Virus record (IMG/VR): IMGVR_UViG_3300015177_000008
Coordinates: 1 to 64,000 of that record
DNA length: 64,000 bases
Reading direction: 5' to 3' (one strand)
From: a virus
Lineage: Duplodnaviria; Heunggongvirae; Uroviricota; Caudoviricetes
The notes below the pieces were generated by a model. The model was not told the DNA's origin. It made no database searches and saw only the letters and a list, made by a program, of their open reading frames with translations. Position 1 is the stretch's first letter; each line of letters opens with the position of its first letter. Position numbers and translations under genes: made by a program. This document shows, piece by piece, positions 29,514 through 38,939 of this stretch.

Positions 29514-30647
29514 ATGCGTCAATTTATAAAAACGTGTGACCTAAGAAATATAATAGATGATATTGCATGTGATGAAAAATTATCCTTGATAAAACCGGCA
29601 GGTATATCAACGAATAATAATATAAACCTTTATTATTTACAATTAAAGAAAACTTCTCAACAGCACCCCATCATTATAAAAAAGAATGGGCCTAGAACGA
29701 AATCCTCTAACGGTCTGGTGACGAATCCGTATCCAATATTGACAGTCTTTAAAATGCTGGATGAAATAAACAATCAGCTTGGCGACCAAGAGGTTATTCC
29801 TGAAATTGTAGAAGCTTCAACCTGGGCAGGTGCAACCATTAACCTGACTGACGACGAAAATCTGAAAGAGTTCTTTAGCGAAAACGAGTTGAGAAAGAAA
29901 GTCGGCTATTCCTTTTCATTCAAAAGTAAAAAATCTATAGAACATTTTCTTCGTGTGTTAATTCAATATATAGAATCAGGGATTATCTCACAAGTAGAGA
30001 GCAGAAAGTTCTTTAGAACAAACAAAAAAAATGTCAAATTAAAAGAGATTTACAATCTTGCTCTAAAATCACAACATTCAAGAGGGCAAAACAGTGCTGA
30101 TGCTCTCAAATCACCTTTCTCGTTGAATAAGAAAGAGATTCATGCAGTCTCAGCCAAAGCAGAAGACAACGTAACTCAAGAAGAAATCAGCTACGACCTC
30201 CAGAAAGAAGAAGTTGAGGAATATATAGAGGGCGAAACAAGATTAATCCAGTCGCAACATCGTAGCCGCGTATCCGGGTTAAGGAATGACGTTCTGGCAA
30301 ACGCAGACTACAGGTGTCAACTATGTTGCAGAACGATGTCGGAAATATACGGCAAGGAAATTGACGGTAAAGAAACGAAAACGCTGCTACACGCTCACCA
30401 CATCATCCCACTTTCACAAGGCGAAGGTGCACGAAGCGTGAACCCAAAAACAGATCTGATTGCCGTCTGCCCTAGCTGTCACGCAATACTTCACATCAGC
30501 GGCAACAAGGAAGCTATACCACGCGAGCGATTTTATGAATTGCGCCAAAAAATTGTCGGCAACCTTCAAAAACAAGAAAACATAGACATAATGAACCTTG
30601 CATGTGATGAAATTAGCAAAAAAGAGAAGAACGAAAACGCCAATTAA
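29514..30647 (+). CDS. HNH endonuclease domain protein with unknown N-terminal domain
   Basis: C-terminal CxxC...HAHHIIP...N...CPSCH HNH/zinc-finger motif; GGAGG RBS; AT-rich. Confidence 0.7.
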   Translation: MRQFIKTCDLRNIIDDIACDEKLSLIKPAGISTNNNINLYYLQLKKTSQQHPIIIKKNGPRTKSSNGLVTNPYPILTVFKMLDEINNQLGDQEVIPEIVEASTWAGATINLTDDENLKEFFSENELRKKVGYSFSFKSKKSIEHFLRVLIQYIESGIISQVESRKFFRTNKKNVKLKEIYNLALKSQHSRGQNSADALKSPFSLNKKEIHAVSAKAEDNVTQEEISYDLQKEEVEEYIEGETRLIQSQHRSRVSGLRNDVLANADYRCQLCCRTMSEIYGKEIDGKETKTLLHAHHIIPLSQGEGARSVNPKTDLIAVCPSCHAILHISGNKEAIPRERFYELRQKIVGNLQKQENIDIMNLACDEISKKEKNENAN

Positions 30648-30769
30648 CGCTATCTACCTATAAATGTGAAACATGCCCTCGACAATACCAGAAAGATTTG
30701 TCGAGGGCATAGGACTTTCCCTATGTCTGAACGATTAAATGTTAACAGCAATTAAATATTTTGTATATG

Positions 30770-31570
30770 TTATTCTTCTGGTGGCACGACAAAATCATCG
30801 AGCTTATTCTTTTCGTCTCGAAGCAACTTGATTTCTTCTTCTGTTATGCATTTGTCATAATCTGTTTGTTCAGAATGGCACAGTGTAACCGCGAATGGAT
30901 AGCCGGTGTAAGACAGTCCTCTAACAGGTTCTAGTTCACCGTTATCTTTTTTCCTAAATTTGTAAAAGTCAGGAGTGTCATAATTGGTGACGCTAACAAG
31001 AGCATATTTATCATTTTCTCTTGCATACACTTCACTAACACCTCTCGATTCGCCCAACTCTCTACTCACATATGTCGAATCACTTGCAGCATCAAACACA
31101 GCCTGACCTAATGGAGTTTTTTTTAAATCATCTATTTTCTCTTTTTCCTTCCTGATATTAGATTCGTTTTCCAGATAAAGTTTCACACCATTTTCTTTAC
31201 ATGCTAGATTTTGGCGTTCAAAACGTAATCGTTCTCTTGCCGAGTTGGTATTTTTATCCATTGCAACGAATACAATCGGGTTACGTTCACGAACATCAAA
31301 GATGTGTGCATTGAATGCGGTCGCACCTGTATAGGCGTTCAAGACGTTTTTGCCATTCACCTCTCCACATACCATATATGAATAGCTATTTTCACCTAAC
31401 TGAATAGCTCGCATATTCGTGAACCGACCAGCATCAGGATCTAGCAGTGTAGAGCGAATATCCTTCTCGACCAGATTTATGGCTCGCTCTTCATCAGAAT
31501 CACAACCTGTTAATAGTAAAGCCGCTATTAACAATGCTAATGAGTATTTTTTATTCACCCCATTCTTCAT
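30770..31570 (-). CDS. lipoprotein (unknown function)
   Basis: Signal peptide with lipobox LLLTGC; AT-rich. Confidence 0.65.
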   Translation of the reverse strand: MKNGVNKKYSLALLIAALLLTGCDSDEERAINLVEKDIRSTLLDPDAGRFTNMRAIQLGENSYSYMVCGEVNGKNVLNAYTGATAFNAHIFDVRERNPIVFVAMDKNTNSARERLRFERQNLACKENGVKLYLENESNIRKEKEKIDDLKKTPLGQAVFDAASDSTYVSRELGESRGVSEVYARENDKYALVSVTNYDTPDFYKFRKKDNGELEPVRGLSYTGYPFAVTLCHSEQTDYDKCITEEEIKLLRDEKNKLDDFVVPPEE

Positions 31571-31672
31571 GAAACTTGTTCCATAATCAATTTTTGTTGG
31601 AATGTACGGTTAGTCTGTCTACGCATCATAGAGATGTATATAATGACCAAAAAAGACTTAAAAAGGTAGACT

Positions 31673-32194
31673 ATGGTTAAAGACATCACCTACGGCATTC
31701 CAGCAGAAGTCTGGCCACGAGACTACGAACATGCTGAAAACATACTTATGTTCTGGCGGAAAAACAACATTCCTGTAAGAGTCACGCTTGAAGACGGTCA
31801 GGTGTTTTGCATGTACGTTCAGGGGACAATGCCTTCCCGCAATAAGCTAGATTTATGCCCGCTTCCATATGATAAAGAAAATCGTATAAGACTCCCACTT
31901 GAGCGCATTAGCACAATTGAATCAGGTGTAATCGATGGCATTGCTCGCGAGTTCAAAGGTAGGCTAACAATACATCCAGACTATGTTGACAATCAGCCAT
32001 CACGTCGTGACTTTTTTAAGATATGTCGTCAGGCTTACCAAAACGGCAAATCTATAAGGGTCTACATGGCAGACGGTCGTGAAATAGAAGGGATATCAAG
32101 AGGCGTTGATGCTTGCCAGGTCACTCTTAAGTTAGAAGACGGCAGAAAAACACTTGTATTCTTCGATTGGGTTGAACGAATTTTACCGTTTTGA
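31673..32194 (+). CDS. hypothetical protein with two internally similar halves
   Basis: 173-aa ORF; repeated V-T-L-EDG-type segments. Confidence 0.4.
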   Translation: MVKDITYGIPAEVWPRDYEHAENILMFWRKNNIPVRVTLEDGQVFCMYVQGTMPSRNKLDLCPLPYDKENRIRLPLERISTIESGVIDGIAREFKGRLTIHPDYVDNQPSRRDFFKICRQAYQNGKSIRVYMADGREIEGISRGVDACQVTLKLEDGRKTLVFFDWVERILPF

Positions 32195-32197
32195 GTT

Positions 32198-32494
32198 ATG
32201 AAATCGATACTATTGACATCTTTATTTTTAGTTTACTCAATTTCGGCCAATGCAAAGGATGATATCGCAATTATTCAGTCGCTGATGAATGACGTATGCT
32301 CAACGTCTCAGAATGTACCAGTTTGCATGTTTAAACTTTCAGCAGCTGTAAAATTAGGGATAAACATTGGTAAGACCGCTCAACTATGTGAACAAGTGGA
32401 AAATTATGAACCATGTGAATCGAACAACTCTTCTGTGCAGTTCGTTGATGCGTTATTTGACACCAATCGTAAGGCTGTAGAGTCAGTCCGATAA
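32198..32494 (+). CDS. small secreted Cys-containing protein
   Basis: N-terminal signal peptide MKSILLTSLFLVYSISANA; 4 Cys. Confidence 0.5.
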   Translation: MKSILLTSLFLVYSISANAKDDIAIIQSLMNDVCSTSQNVPVCMFKLSAAVKLGINIGKTAQLCEQVENYEPCESNNSSVQFVDALFDTNRKAVESVR

Positions 32495-32685
32495 ATGTAT
32501 AAGGGTAATAACCGGCTAAGTCCGGTTATTTTTTTAAATGCCATTTATTAAATACACCTCCAATTCTACTCCGTATAAACATATAAGGTTATAAGCCGGA
32601 ATTAATTATTTATTTAGGGAACACCTTCGACGATCTCGCTTTTATTTCTAGGACTTTCGTCCCTGCAAAAAACTAAAAAAAACAC

Positions 32686-32713
32686 TTGCAATCTTTTTTT
32701 GCGTATCGATAAT
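32686..32713 (+). promoter_or_regulatory. sigma70-type promoter (TTGCAA-16 nt-GATAAT)
   Basis: Near-consensus hexamers about 70 nt upstream of ATG 32788. Confidence 0.4.
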
Positions 32714-32787
32714 TGAACTCGTCGAAAGCGAACTGGCTAACGACAGTAAAAAATAAATTCATTTTAATTTTTGTAAGGAATAAAACC

Positions 32788-33438
32788 ATGACCAATATTA
32801 TCTTATCTAAAAAATCCATCGTTGAAGCTGCGCGTGTTGTAACAAATGAATTAAAAGAAAAAGCAGATCTGGCAACTCAAACATATAACGAATATTATAA
32901 AAATGGTACGCACACCAAAGCAGATAAAGCAAATATGCAAGCTGCTACCACTAAACTTGCTTACTTCATCAACAACGTTGTAAACGCTGTTGAAGACGAA
33001 AAATTATGCTCTGTTTTCTACTATGCGATTAAAGCAAGCAAACAAGCGCCAGAAGTATTTTTCCGTGATGCAATGACTAATAGTTATTCACTGGAAAAAC
33101 TGGTTTATCTGGTTAAATCCATTAAAGCTGGTAAATGCGTTTATTCCGTCGCTGATATGTCAGGATCTCGTGTATTCGCTTTAATCGATATGATTAACGA
33201 CGAGATCGACACGTTCACTAATGGCGCTGTTTTCGATTTAATGAATGAAGCTAAAAAAGCGTGCGAAATTAAATTGGACGCTGGCTATACTCAAGCCAAC
33301 CAGTTGATCAATCTTTGCGAACGTCTTGGACTTGTTGAGAAAGTCAAAGGAATGGGAAGCGCAAAAGCTGGTACGCAGCAATATCGCTTTATTAAAAATG
33401 ATTTCTATAACTATCTGGCTGATGCTTTCAAAGCGTAA
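32788..33438 (+). CDS. hypothetical protein (moron with own promoter and terminator)
   Basis: Start set at ATG 32788 with AAGGA RBS; strong promoter upstream, terminator downstream. Confidence 0.5.
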   Translation: MTNIILSKKSIVEAARVVTNELKEKADLATQTYNEYYKNGTHTKADKANMQAATTKLAYFINNVVNAVEDEKLCSVFYYAIKASKQAPEVFFRDAMTNSYSLEKLVYLVKSIKAGKCVYSVADMSGSRVFALIDMINDEIDTFTNGAVFDLMNEAKKACEIKLDAGYTQANQLINLCERLGLVEKVKGMGSAKAGTQQYRFIKNDFYNYLADAFKA

Positions 33439-33450
33439 TTAATGGAATCT

Positions 33451-33473
33451 GGCGCCCACTATGGGCGCTTTTA
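33451..33473 (+). terminator. intrinsic terminator
   Basis: GCGCCCA-cta-TGGGCGC hairpin plus TTTT. Confidence 0.55.
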
Positions 33474-33485
33474 AGGAGCTTAATC

Positions 33486-33716
33486 ATGTTTATGATTATC
33501 GCTGGCGTTAACGTGCGCAATGAATATTTTGTTAATCGCATCGCTGGGATCGCTGGTTACGCTGGGCGCGCAGTCGAGCTTATAGATGAAACGACGCGCA
33601 AAATTGACTTATTGAGCGACCAGGAGCGAAAAAAAGCAGACGTGAATGACGCTGATATATTTTTAATGTTAAAAGCGTTTGTAGAAATGGGATTTGAAAT
33701 CAGTTTACATAAATAA
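33486..33716 (+). CDS. hypothetical 76-aa protein
   Basis: ORF between two near-identical terminators. Confidence 0.35.
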   Translation: MFMIIAGVNVRNEYFVNRIAGIAGYAGRAVELIDETTRKIDLLSDQERKKADVNDADIFLMLKAFVEMGFEISLHK

Positions 33717-33720
33717 AATC

Positions 33721-33746
33721 GAGCGCCCACTATGGGCGCTTTTTTC
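33721..33746 (+). terminator. intrinsic terminator (duplicate of the 33451 hairpin)
   Basis: GCGCCCACTATGGGCGC plus TTTTTT. Confidence 0.55.
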
Positions 33747-33767
33747 GTTTCCAATACTTCCACCATA

Positions 33768-33793
33768 ACGCGCCAATGATGGCGCTTTTTTTT
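33768..33793 (+). terminator. intrinsic terminator
   Basis: GCGCCA-atga-TGGCGC plus T8. Confidence 0.5.
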
Positions 33794-34199
33794 ATTGTCT
33801 TTGACTCACTCCAACAACATAAAAATAAGCGCAAAAATAACGCCATAGACGAGCTTTTATATCCTTACCAGCATATACCCATTACTTAGCGCATTAACGC
33901 GCTTAAAACGCGTTATATTGCGTTATGGTGTATGGTTAATCATTGGCTTTTAGTCTTGCTTTATGATCCGCGTTTATTTGTCGGCGCGGATCGGCATTTT
34001 GTTTTGTTCCGTATCCGCTCGCGTATTATGTGCGCGTGATTTTTCACATAATCACACCACTTAATCACGTATGTGATTACGCTACGAAAGAAATCTGGAT
34101 GTCTCAGGCGACGAAAGTCATCATGATTTCCCCGCTCACCTGTCCGACAACCGCTGGTTGGATTCCACCAGCTTCCCGATGTTTTTTCTACATAAAGGC

Positions 34200-34325
34200 G
34201 AATGCAGCCGTTTCCCGAAAAAATCCTGGCCGTTTCCCGTCGGCTCATGAATACGTTCCTCGCCGTTTCTGAAAATTTCCCTGCGGCAGCTGGTGGCTAT
34301 AGAGAAAGGGCCGTTTCTGGCCCTC
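34200..34325. repeat. iteron-like direct repeats (GCCGTTTCCCGAAAA-type, 4 copies)
   Basis: Copies at about 34206, 34228, 34261 and 34309, spaced ~20-45 bp apart. Confidence 0.4.
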
Positions 34326-34332
34326 TTCTCAG

Positions 34333-34815
34333 TTACACGCCATCAAGGATGTGGATGCGGTTGCTTGCGTATACATTCAACATAAAGTTAGCGCAAAACA
34401 GTTTCCATGTATCAACGCCAGCGGCATACGTAATGTTTTTGCATTTTATTGCATTGTTGGCGATCCGCATCCCCTGCGATACTGCTTTATCGTCGGAAAA
34501 TTTGAACGACGATTGAGTTTTAATCCAGACAGAAATCTGCGTAGCGAACTCAATCAGCTTGGACTGGCAGAATCGCCCGGAGCGCACCGGAAAGACGAAC
34601 GTTCCGAATCCAGAATTTACCACATACGCTTTCTCAAATACCCGCGAGTAACGACGATTGCCAATGATGTCGCGTGCAATAATGCATTTTTCTTGTGCTG
34701 ACAGTTCTACCGTCTCATTGTCGCGCCATGCACCAAGTACTCGTTTTTCAATGTCAGAGAACGTTACAGCGATATTGCCATGTGCGGGTGCGTTTACAGT
34801 AGCGATAAAATTCAT
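34333..34815 (-). CDS. hypothetical protein
   Basis: 160-aa ORF preceded by conserved promoter/leader. Confidence 0.45.
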   Translation of the reverse strand: MNFIATVNAPAHGNIAVTFSDIEKRVLGAWRDNETVELSAQEKCIIARDIIGNRRYSRVFEKAYVVNSGFGTFVFPVRSGRFCQSKLIEFATQISVWIKTQSSFKFSDDKAVSQGMRIANNAIKCKNITYAAGVDTWKLFCANFMLNVYASNRIHILDGV

Positions 34816-35018
34816 GATTAATTCCTTATCGTAAATAACAAATTGTTTTCTTGTTGGTGTTAATTATCGTTGTACGAATAAGGCGTCAAAGTGGAAAGTT
34901 GCGGTAGCCGGACGGGAACAGGTGGGTTTGTCGGTTGCCTGGAGGTAAGAGGTTGGTGTTTTTAGCCTGCGGGGAACAGGATGGTCATTTAAGGCCACCA
35001 CTGCTGGTGGCCTTGTTT

Positions 35019-35951
35019 TCAACTGGAATAAGAATAATCTGTATTGATGAGTAAAGGCGCATCATCCACTAATCCTGACAGAAACCAGCGAGCAGTCCCG
35101 TAAAGTTCAAGGGCGTCAAGATAGCCTTCATGCAGTGCACCAACCCCAAACACATCATTATCAGCCATAGCTACCGCATCTACGGCCAGATACTCTATGA
35201 GTTCTTCCATGCTTTTTATATTTATATCGTCTAAATTCTCCAGTTTGTTCTCAATCTCATTGAAAGGGATATCCGGCATCGAATGCACTATGATTTTTGG
35301 CACATCATTCTCATTATTTACCTCCACAATAACAATTCCATACTCTGTAAAAAGAGAACTAAAGAATCTATTAAACTCTAAATTAACAAAAGATGCCGAA
35401 CCATTTAAACGCTCAACATATGGGGAACGAAAAGCTGAATGTAAATTATTTTTTCTACTTTCCTTGCCATATTCTATAATCAACTCTTTATTTTTGATCT
35501 TCTCGAGTATTCCACCTAGCTCCTCTACAATTAAAGCGCCAGTGTTTTCTCTTTCTTTTGATACTATAGTTGAAAGACTGATCAAGGCTTCTGTTATACT
35601 GTTATTAGAAACGATCAGATGAAATAGCTCCAGCATAGCCAATCGACCACTATCAGTGAACGTAACAAAGTTTATTGCATCTATTTCATTTTTAATCGCA
35701 AGAAACTCACATTTATTTTTGATGTTTTCCCGAATTGACATCTCCACACGCTGTCTTATTCTCAACACCTGCTTAAAGTAAGTATTTTCAAAACATTCGA
35801 CAGAAAATGTCTTCTTACCATCATTCACAATAGCCAATCTGTATTCATATTCAAGACCATTAAGTTCAAGGCAATCACTGTCATATTGGGACCCATCTTT
35901 AACTGAAAACAATTCACTAATGTCAATTTGTCCCAAAAATACTGGTTTCAT
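35019..35951 (-). CDS. hypothetical protein (AT-rich)
   Basis: 310-aa ORF, low GC; followed by conserved GGCCACC..GGTGGCC hairpin. Confidence 0.5.
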   Translation of the reverse strand: MKPVFLGQIDISELFSVKDGSQYDSDCLELNGLEYEYRLAIVNDGKKTFSVECFENTYFKQVLRIRQRVEMSIRENIKNKCEFLAIKNEIDAINFVTFTDSGRLAMLELFHLIVSNNSITEALISLSTIVSKERENTGALIVEELGGILEKIKNKELIIEYGKESRKNNLHSAFRSPYVERLNGSASFVNLEFNRFFSSLFTEYGIVIVEVNNENDVPKIIVHSMPDIPFNEIENKLENLDDINIKSMEELIEYLAVDAVAMADNDVFGVGALHEGYLDALELYGTARWFLSGLVDDAPLLINTDYSYSS

Positions 35952-36088
35952 TTTTAATTCCTCGTTTGTTTTCGATGTGATAATTATCGCTGAATGAAAT
36001 AGGCTAAAAAGAAGATTTGTAAGGCAACTATCTGGAAGTAAGGCAAAGGGTGGTCATTTAAGGCCACCAGCATTGGTGACCTTATTCT

Positions 36089-36370
36089 TCAGTGGAGCAG
36101 ACCGATGTCGATGGTATCCCCTGAATCATCCACACGGATCATCAGCATGGCAAAGGCGTTTAGTGGATAGCTTGCGTGCCATTCAGGGAAGCGGTCATCT
36201 CGCATGAAGTCGGCAATGTCATAAACGCATCCCTCAAAGTGGAAGAATCGCGTGCTTACCTGCTCGTCATAATCCACATGATCCATTTCTTGCTGTTCTT
36301 TTTCCGGCAAATCCAGCCATGATTCAAGGAATACATTTTGTGCTTTAGTGGTAATGGTGAAGTCAGTCAT
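36089..36370 (-). CDS. small acidic protein (hypothetical)
   Basis: 93 aa, D/E-rich; conserved hairpin after stop. Confidence 0.45.
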   Translation of the reverse strand: MTDFTITTKAQNVFLESWLDLPEKEQQEMDHVDYDEQVSTRFFHFEGCVYDIADFMRDDRFPEWHASYPLNAFAMLMIRVDDSGDTIDIGLLH

Positions 36371-36373
36371 TCT

Positions 36374-36514
36374 TCACCTCCATTTTGATAGAAAATCATC
36401 CATCTCAAGATAGCCATTAAGCTCCTGCTCTGACATGATGATGTTTTCCATGCTTCTGATAGCCTCAAGTAACGACTCCCGATCTGACGAAGCGACAGTA
36501 ACAATGTATTCCAT
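36374..36514 (-). CDS. 46-aa small ORF translationally coupled to the downstream acidic gene
   Basis: MEYIVTVASSDRESLLEAIRSMENIIMSEQELNGYLEMDDFLSKWR by my translation; its stop lies 3 nt before the next ATG, within GGAGGTGA. Confidence 0.25.
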   Translation of the reverse strand: MEYIVTVASSDRESLLEAIRSMENIIMSEQELNGYLEMDDFLSKWR

Positions 36515-36641
36515 ATTATTTCACCACCTAATAAACACGTTGTTTTCTTGTTGTTGTAATTATCGCGGTGTAGATAAGGCAGAAAACAAATTGTTATCGG
36601 GTATAAGAAAATGGCGCGGTTTACGCGCCATTCAAAGAGGA

Positions 36642-37037
36642 TTAAGCGAATACGCTTTCAGGGATTAAGGTGTCAGCAGGAATGCCGGATGTAATGCGCA
36701 GACCATACTGACCAATCCAGGTGGTGCTGGTGTTCAGGCTGGAGGTGAATACGGAATTAACCATATTCATCATGGTTTCAAACACCTCTTCATCAACCTG
36801 GCGGAAGTAGTTCTCGATTTTCAGCAGCAGCGGGTCAGTTGCATCGAGAATGGACTGGTATTGAGTCGCGTACTCGCCGCCGGAGGCATCACCTTTACGC
36901 ACGATCGTACTGGCCTGTACTTCGGCACCAGTTTCGGTGTTGTACGTAACAACGGTGATTTTTGCCACATTCTTACCTTCGGCGGTTTCAGAGGCATAGT
37001 AAACATCAACTGTCAGTTTTTCGCGTTTAACGGTCAT
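36642..37037 (-). CDS. hypothetical protein
   Basis: 131-aa ORF; TATAAAAT -10-like box preceded by GTAAGTA-tg-TACTTAC palindrome. Confidence 0.45.
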   Translation of the reverse strand: MTVKREKLTVDVYYASETAEGKNVAKITVVTYNTETGAEVQASTIVRKGDASGGEYATQYQSILDATDPLLLKIENYFRQVDEEVFETMMNMVNSVFTSSLNTSTTWIGQYGLRITSGIPADTLIPESVFA

Positions 37038-37163
37038 TTCACTCTCCGTAGTGTCTTGATTATTTTTCTATTTTATAGCCGTAAGTATGTACTTACAATA
37101 CAAAAAAGCCCCGTAAGGATGGCGGGGCTGTCGTACTGTCGACTAATTACCACTTGCACATTA

Positions 37164-37475
37164 TCAGGCTATTGCCATCACTGATGCTCTCTGAATTTCT
37201 TGCTGGGCCACGCGGTTAACTTCCATCAAAGCCAGTTCGAGCTGATGTTCCGGCCACATTCTTTGAAATGCCACCCAGCCTTTTCCACGCTGGCGACGAA
37301 CATTCATTACATAACGAGTAAAGGTGTTTTTATCGAAAGACACCGCTGTTTCACGGAACAGACGAATAGAGGTCCCATTGGCAACGATGTCCAGCAAAGT
37401 TAATTGAGCAACCAGTGCAGGCTTCTCTTTTCTCTTCTGGTCTTTGTCCAGACCAAGAACCAATGATTTTTTCAT
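37164..37475 (-). CDS. hypothetical basic protein
   Basis: Start at internal Met (MKKSLVLGL); conserved leader upstream. Confidence 0.4.
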   Translation of the reverse strand: MKKSLVLGLDKDQKRKEKPALVAQLTLLDIVANGTSIRLFRETAVSFDKNTFTRYVMNVRRQRGKGWVAFQRMWPEHQLELALMEVNRVAQQEIQRASVMAIA

Positions 37476-37628
37476 CACAACTCCGTAAACAACTTGTTTT
37501 CTCAATGGCGTAAATAATACCAGTAAGAAAACGGCTACAAAGCATATTGATCAGGCGCATGAGCGATATGCAGGTTCTTCCCTGCGGCTATAGAGAAATT
37601 AAGCCAGCAATGCTGGCTTTGGTTGGGG

Positions 37629-37958
37629 TTACTCGAATACTTCAAGAAACTCCTGAACGTCCCAATGCTGGACGAGGTGAAGATAGACCTTAGAAATCAC
37701 GTCATTTTCGCTATCGCATGTGAAGTAGTACTTCTGGCTGCGGTTGTATGTGTCCACACAAAATTCGCTCATATCCATAAAGTCAGCATCTTCACCCATG
37801 TCGCAAATCATCAAAGCAGGTGCGTCATCACGAGTCATCAGCTCCAGCACCCATCTTGAATTGATCAGAGTGGAAGACCAACCTTCTAACTCATAAAACT
37901 GATCAAACTCTTTTTGAGTTAATTTCTTGATTTGGTTGATGTCGATATTTGTAAACAT
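37629..37958 (-). CDS. small acidic protein (hypothetical)
   Basis: Start at ATG 37956-37958 with AAGGA RBS; conserved leader upstream. Confidence 0.4.
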   Translation of the reverse strand: MFTNIDINQIKKLTQKEFDQFYELEGWSSTLINSRWVLELMTRDDAPALMICDMGEDADFMDMSEFCVDTYNRSQKYYFTCDSENDVISKVYLHLVQHWDVQEFLEVFE

Positions 37959-38096
37959 AAAGCAATCCTTAAACATGTTGTTTTCTGAATTGCGTAAACA
38001 ATACCAGTAAGAAAACGGCCACAAAGTATATCGTTACGGTGTTGCGCTGCCCGGAGGTTAATAGCGACAAAAGCCACCGTGCTGGTGGCCTCACTC

Positions 38097-38315
38097 TTAA
38101 TCTTCGTCGCCCGGGAACTCGCTGTGTACCGCGTCCACCAGCTCCCGCTTTTCATCTTCACTCAGCAGGTGCCAGATATCCTTCCCCTTGGGCGGTTCCC
38201 CTTCTGCCGGGACGAACGACCACAACTTGCGGTACAACTCCGGCCCCACTGCATCCAGACACTCAGCCAGGGAATCCACGCCCCACACCTCAACCGTCAC
38301 AGGCATCTTAATCAT
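38097..38315 (-). CDS. small acidic protein (hypothetical)
   Basis: 72 aa, acidic C-terminus; conserved leader and hairpin. Confidence 0.4.
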   Translation of the reverse strand: MIKMPVTVEVWGVDSLAECLDAVGPELYRKLWSFVPAEGEPPKGKDIWHLLSEDEKRELVDAVHSEFPGDED

Positions 38316-38689
38316 CTCTTCATCCTCACTTCGTTTATATAACGTCTAAACATGTTGTTTACTTGTTGGTGTTATTATCGCAATAAGACAAAGGCGGAAA
38401 AGGATTTTATGTCGGGAAAGCCAGGCGGGTAGTGAGTATCCGGGAACGACACGGGAACCAGTATTTACGATATTCTGCTCTACGCGCGCCGCAGGGCTGG
38501 TGGGCAGAATTTTCTTCTCCCCGAAAACCTACTGAAATCGATTGTGACCCGCTGACTGTCTGGCACAATTACGCTGTAGCTGGGCATTCAGAGGGAATCC
38601 AGCGGTAAGCAAGTCCGCCTACGTGAGCGCCTCTCTTCTTCCCGCACATTACAGGTGGGTAGCCGCAACTCTCCCTCTCGCTATACCGG

Positions 38690-38830
38690 TACGCCGCCGT
38701 TCCTGAACCGGCATCGAGCCTTTTCCCGAAATCCACACAGGCAACTCAACCGTTTCCCTGAAAATCCCCAGCCGTTCCCCGAAGGCAACCCAGCCGTTTT
38801 TGTAGCGGGATGCAGCCTTTTCCCTGTATG
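38690..38830. repeat. iteron-like direct repeats (GCCGTTTCCCGAAAA-type, about 6 copies)
   Basis: CGCCGTTCCTGAA, AGCCTTTTCCCGAAA, AACCGTTTCCCTGAAAA, AGCCGTTCCCCGAAGG, AGCCGTTTTTG, AGCCTTTTCCCTG. Confidence 0.4.
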
Positions 38831-38939
38831 GACCGAAGGCTGACCGTAGGGGTGTTACGGGGGATAAAATCAGGAGTTGAATAAATACGAAAAAGGAGGC
38901 GACACCCCTCCTTCCCTCCCCACTTATACATACCTGGCT

